Assembly: GCA_047602405.1 (NCBI GenBank) | Contig: JASGHJ010000002.1 | Span: 2,656,001-2,720,000, forward strand | Source of the DNA: Anaeromyxobacteraceae bacterium | GTDB taxonomy: Bacteria; Myxococcota; Myxococcia; Myxococcales; Anaeromyxobacteraceae | DNA: 64,000 bases | Direction: 5' to 3' | Shown here: one piece after another, positions 61,900-64,000 of the stretch | Numbering within the stretch: position 1 is the first letter of the stretch | How the letters are laid out: each line of letters begins with the position of its first letter | Position numbers and translations under genes: made by a program | Notes under the pieces: model-generated | What the model saw: the letters and a program-made list of their open reading frames with translations, nothing else | Database searches by the model: none | What the model was told of the DNA's origin: nothing

Positions 61900-63558
61900 G
61901 TGCGCCCGTCCGCCCTCGCCGCGCTCGGCCCCTGCCTCGCGTGCCTCCTCGCGACGACGTCCTGCGTCCCCGCCGCCGCCGCCGCGCCGCGCGCGGGCGC
62001 CGGGGTCGGCGTGGCCACGTCGCTCGAGAAGCTCCGGCCGGACGACCCCCTCCCGGCCGGGCGCGCGATCACCCTCGCCGCGGCGCGCGGCGAGTGCGAG
62101 GCCGCGCAGGTCGCCGTGCGGGCGGGCGCCCGCCCGGTCGCGCTCTCCGCCGCGGCGGCGCCGCTCGCGGGGCCCGGGCGGCTCGAGGTCACGCTCTACC
62201 GCGTGGCGACGATCCGGCTCGCGCGCGGCTCCGGCCCCGAGGGAGAGCCCGGCGAGTGGCCGGACCCGCTCGTCCCGGCGCGGGACCCCTACTTCGGCGA
62301 GGCCCGGCGCGCGTTCCCGGTGCGCCTCGAGCCCGGCCGGCTCGGCGCGGTCTGGGTCGAGGTCTGCGTGCCCGCCGCCGCCCGGCCGGGCGGCTACGCC
62401 GGGGAGGTCGTGCTGACCGACGGTGACGCGCCGCTCGCGCGCGTGCCGGTGAGGGTGCGGGTCTGGCCCTTCGCGCTCCCTCCGACCCCGACCTTCGTCG
62501 CCGCGGCGGGCCTCTCGACGCGCCTCGGGACCCGCGCGCTCGGCGCGCCCGACGACGTCGCCGTGGCCCGGGCCCTCGCGGCCGCCGCGCTCCGCCACCG
62601 GCTCTCGCCCTACGTCCTGTCCGCCGATCCACCCTGGGGCGACTGCACCGCGGCGCGCTGCGCGCTCGACTGGACGCCGCTCGACGCCGAGCTCGCGCCG
62701 GTGCTCGACGGCACGCTCGTGCCGGGCGTGCGCGGCGGCTTCGCCGAGGTGCGCATCCCGGGGAAGGTCTGGGACGGGCCGGAGGCCGACCTCGCCGCCA
62801 CGCTCCTCGCGTGGCGCCGGCACTTCGAGGCGCGCGGCTGGGCCGACCGCCTGTGGCTCTACGTGCTCGACGAGCCCCGGCCCTCCGACCTGCCGGAGCT
62901 CCGCCGGCGCGCCCGGCTCGCGCACGCGGCGGGGATCCGGGTGTTCGTCACCGCGCCGCCCACGCCCGCGCTCGCCGCCGTCGTCGACGCCTGGGCGCCG
63001 CAGGAGCGGCTCGCGACCGCGGCCGGGCCCGGCGCGGCCTCCTTCTCGTACACGTCCTGCTACTCGCACGGCTGCGACGAGCTGCCGGCCGGCGGCCGGG
63101 TGCGGGCCGCGATGCAGAAGGAGTTCTCCGGCTGGCCGGGGTACGTGATCGACCGTCCGGGGACCGCCGCGCGCGCGGTGACGTGGCTCGGCGTGGTCCG
63201 CGGCCTCTCCGGCTCGCTCTACTACGATATGCTCCAGGCGTGGACCCGCGATCCGTGGCGCGACCCGAGGGCGTTCGCCGGCAACGGCGACGGCACCCTC
63301 CTCTACCCGGGCCGGCCGGACGCGCTGGGCGGGGAGCACCCTTTCCCGGTGGAGTCGATCCGGCTGAAGGTCATCCGGGACGCCCTCGAGGACGCGGAGC
63401 TCCTCGCGCTCGCGCGGGAGGCCGGCCTCTCGGCCGAGGTGGACGCCGCGCTCGCGCGGCTCGTGCCCTCGGCGCGCGGCTGGGAGCGCCGGCCCGGGCC
63501 CTGGCTCGCCGAGCGGGCCGCGCTCGCGGATGCCCTCGCGGCGCGCACGGCGAGGTGA
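61900..63558 (+). CDS. DUF4091/GH123-like glycoside hydrolase-related exported protein
   Basis: AARGECEAAQV, WPDPLVP, YVLDEP, GNGDGTLLYPG, SIRLKVIRDALED. Confidence 0.75.
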   Translation: MRPSALAALGPCLACLLATTSCVPAAAAAPRAGAGVGVATSLEKLRPDDPLPAGRAITLAAARGECEAAQVAVRAGARPVALSAAAAPLAGPGRLEVTLYRVATIRLARGSGPEGEPGEWPDPLVPARDPYFGEARRAFPVRLEPGRLGAVWVEVCVPAAARPGGYAGEVVLTDGDAPLARVPVRVRVWPFALPPTPTFVAAAGLSTRLGTRALGAPDDVAVARALAAAALRHRLSPYVLSADPPWGDCTAARCALDWTPLDAELAPVLDGTLVPGVRGGFAEVRIPGKVWDGPEADLAATLLAWRRHFEARGWADRLWLYVLDEPRPSDLPELRRRARLAHAAGIRVFVTAPPTPALAAVVDAWAPQERLATAAGPGAASFSYTSCYSHGCDELPAGGRVRAAMQKEFSGWPGYVIDRPGTAARAVTWLGVVRGLSGSLYYDMLQAWTRDPWRDPRAFAGNGDGTLLYPGRPDALGGEHPFPVESIRLKVIRDALEDAELLALAREAGLSAEVDAALARLVPSARGWERRPGPWLAERAALADALAARTAR

Positions 63559-63562
63559 GCCG

Positions 63563-64000
63563 GTGATCGCCGCCGCGCTCTTGGCGGCGGCCCTCGCGGG
63601 CGGGTGCGGCCCGCCGCAGCCCGCGCCCGGGGCCCGGCCCTTCCGCACCGGTGAGACGCTCACCTACGACCTCGACCTCCTCGGCATGGTGAAGGCGGGC
63701 GACCTCGAGCTCGCGGTCGGCCGGCCGATGTCGGCGGGCAAGATCGTCCCGCTCAAGGCGCGCGCCCGGACGACCGCGCAGGTCTCATCGCTGAAGAAGC
63801 TCGCCGCCGTGGGGCTCTCCTGGGTGGAGGCCGCGACGCTGCTCCCCGAACGCTACCGCGACGAGTCGGAGGAGGGGGGCGTCCACCGCTCCTCCGACGC
63901 GAAGCTGCGCCCGCCCGCGGCGGAGGTCGCGCTCGAGAGCGTCACCGGCGACCAGCGGGGGACGTCGCGCTTCGAGCGGAGGGGTGACGTGCTCGATCCC
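63563..64000 (+). CDS. Second DUF3108-like protein, partial
   Basis: Manual translation from GTG 63563: IAAALLAAALAGGC..PFRTGETLTYDLDLLG; open to the window end. Confidence 0.65.
   Translation, partial: MIAAALLAAALAGGCGPPQPAPGARPFRTGETLTYDLDLLGMVKAGDLELAVGRPMSAGKIVPLKARARTTAQVSSLKKLAAVGLSWVEAATLLPERYRDESEEGGVHRSSDAKLRPPAAEVALESVTGDQRGTSRFERRGDVLDP

Overview
Very GC-rich window whose gene content and order suggest an Anaeromyxobacter-like myxobacterium (inferred, not from a database search). Housekeeping blocks: proC, pgaBCD, class II ribonucleotide reductase, tatA, truD, an otsA-like gene, ccsA-hemA-hemC-hemD, trxA, mreC-mreD-mrdA-rodA, a SurA/PpiD-like PPIase, maf and yggS. Accessory signalling and surface modules: CHASE2 cyclase/SH3-like/M48, Ser/Thr kinase-ECF sigma, ECF/anti-sigma/TPR-CHAT, and an FN3-PQQ-propeller-dihaem lipoprotein. 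The most interesting object is a ~2.67 kb element (45496-48165) bounded by terminal inverted repeats and a TA duplication, inserted at the hemD stop codon. It carries a decayed IS5-family (ISL2/IS112-like) DDE transposase and, divergently, an intact 646-aa TnpB-like RuvC nuclease whose 3' end runs through hairpins into the terminal repeat. An internally deleted copy of the nuclease-side end lies at 5891-6074. At both sites the element end places TTGAGC 17 nt before a host TA that lies 13 nt before a start codon, suggesting hybrid leaderless promoters. A REP-like palindrome family occurs four times, once in-frame inside a protein. Four frameshifts are all single-base insertions in GATC and are probably sequencing artefacts. 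No rRNA, tRNA or CRISPR array was seen.
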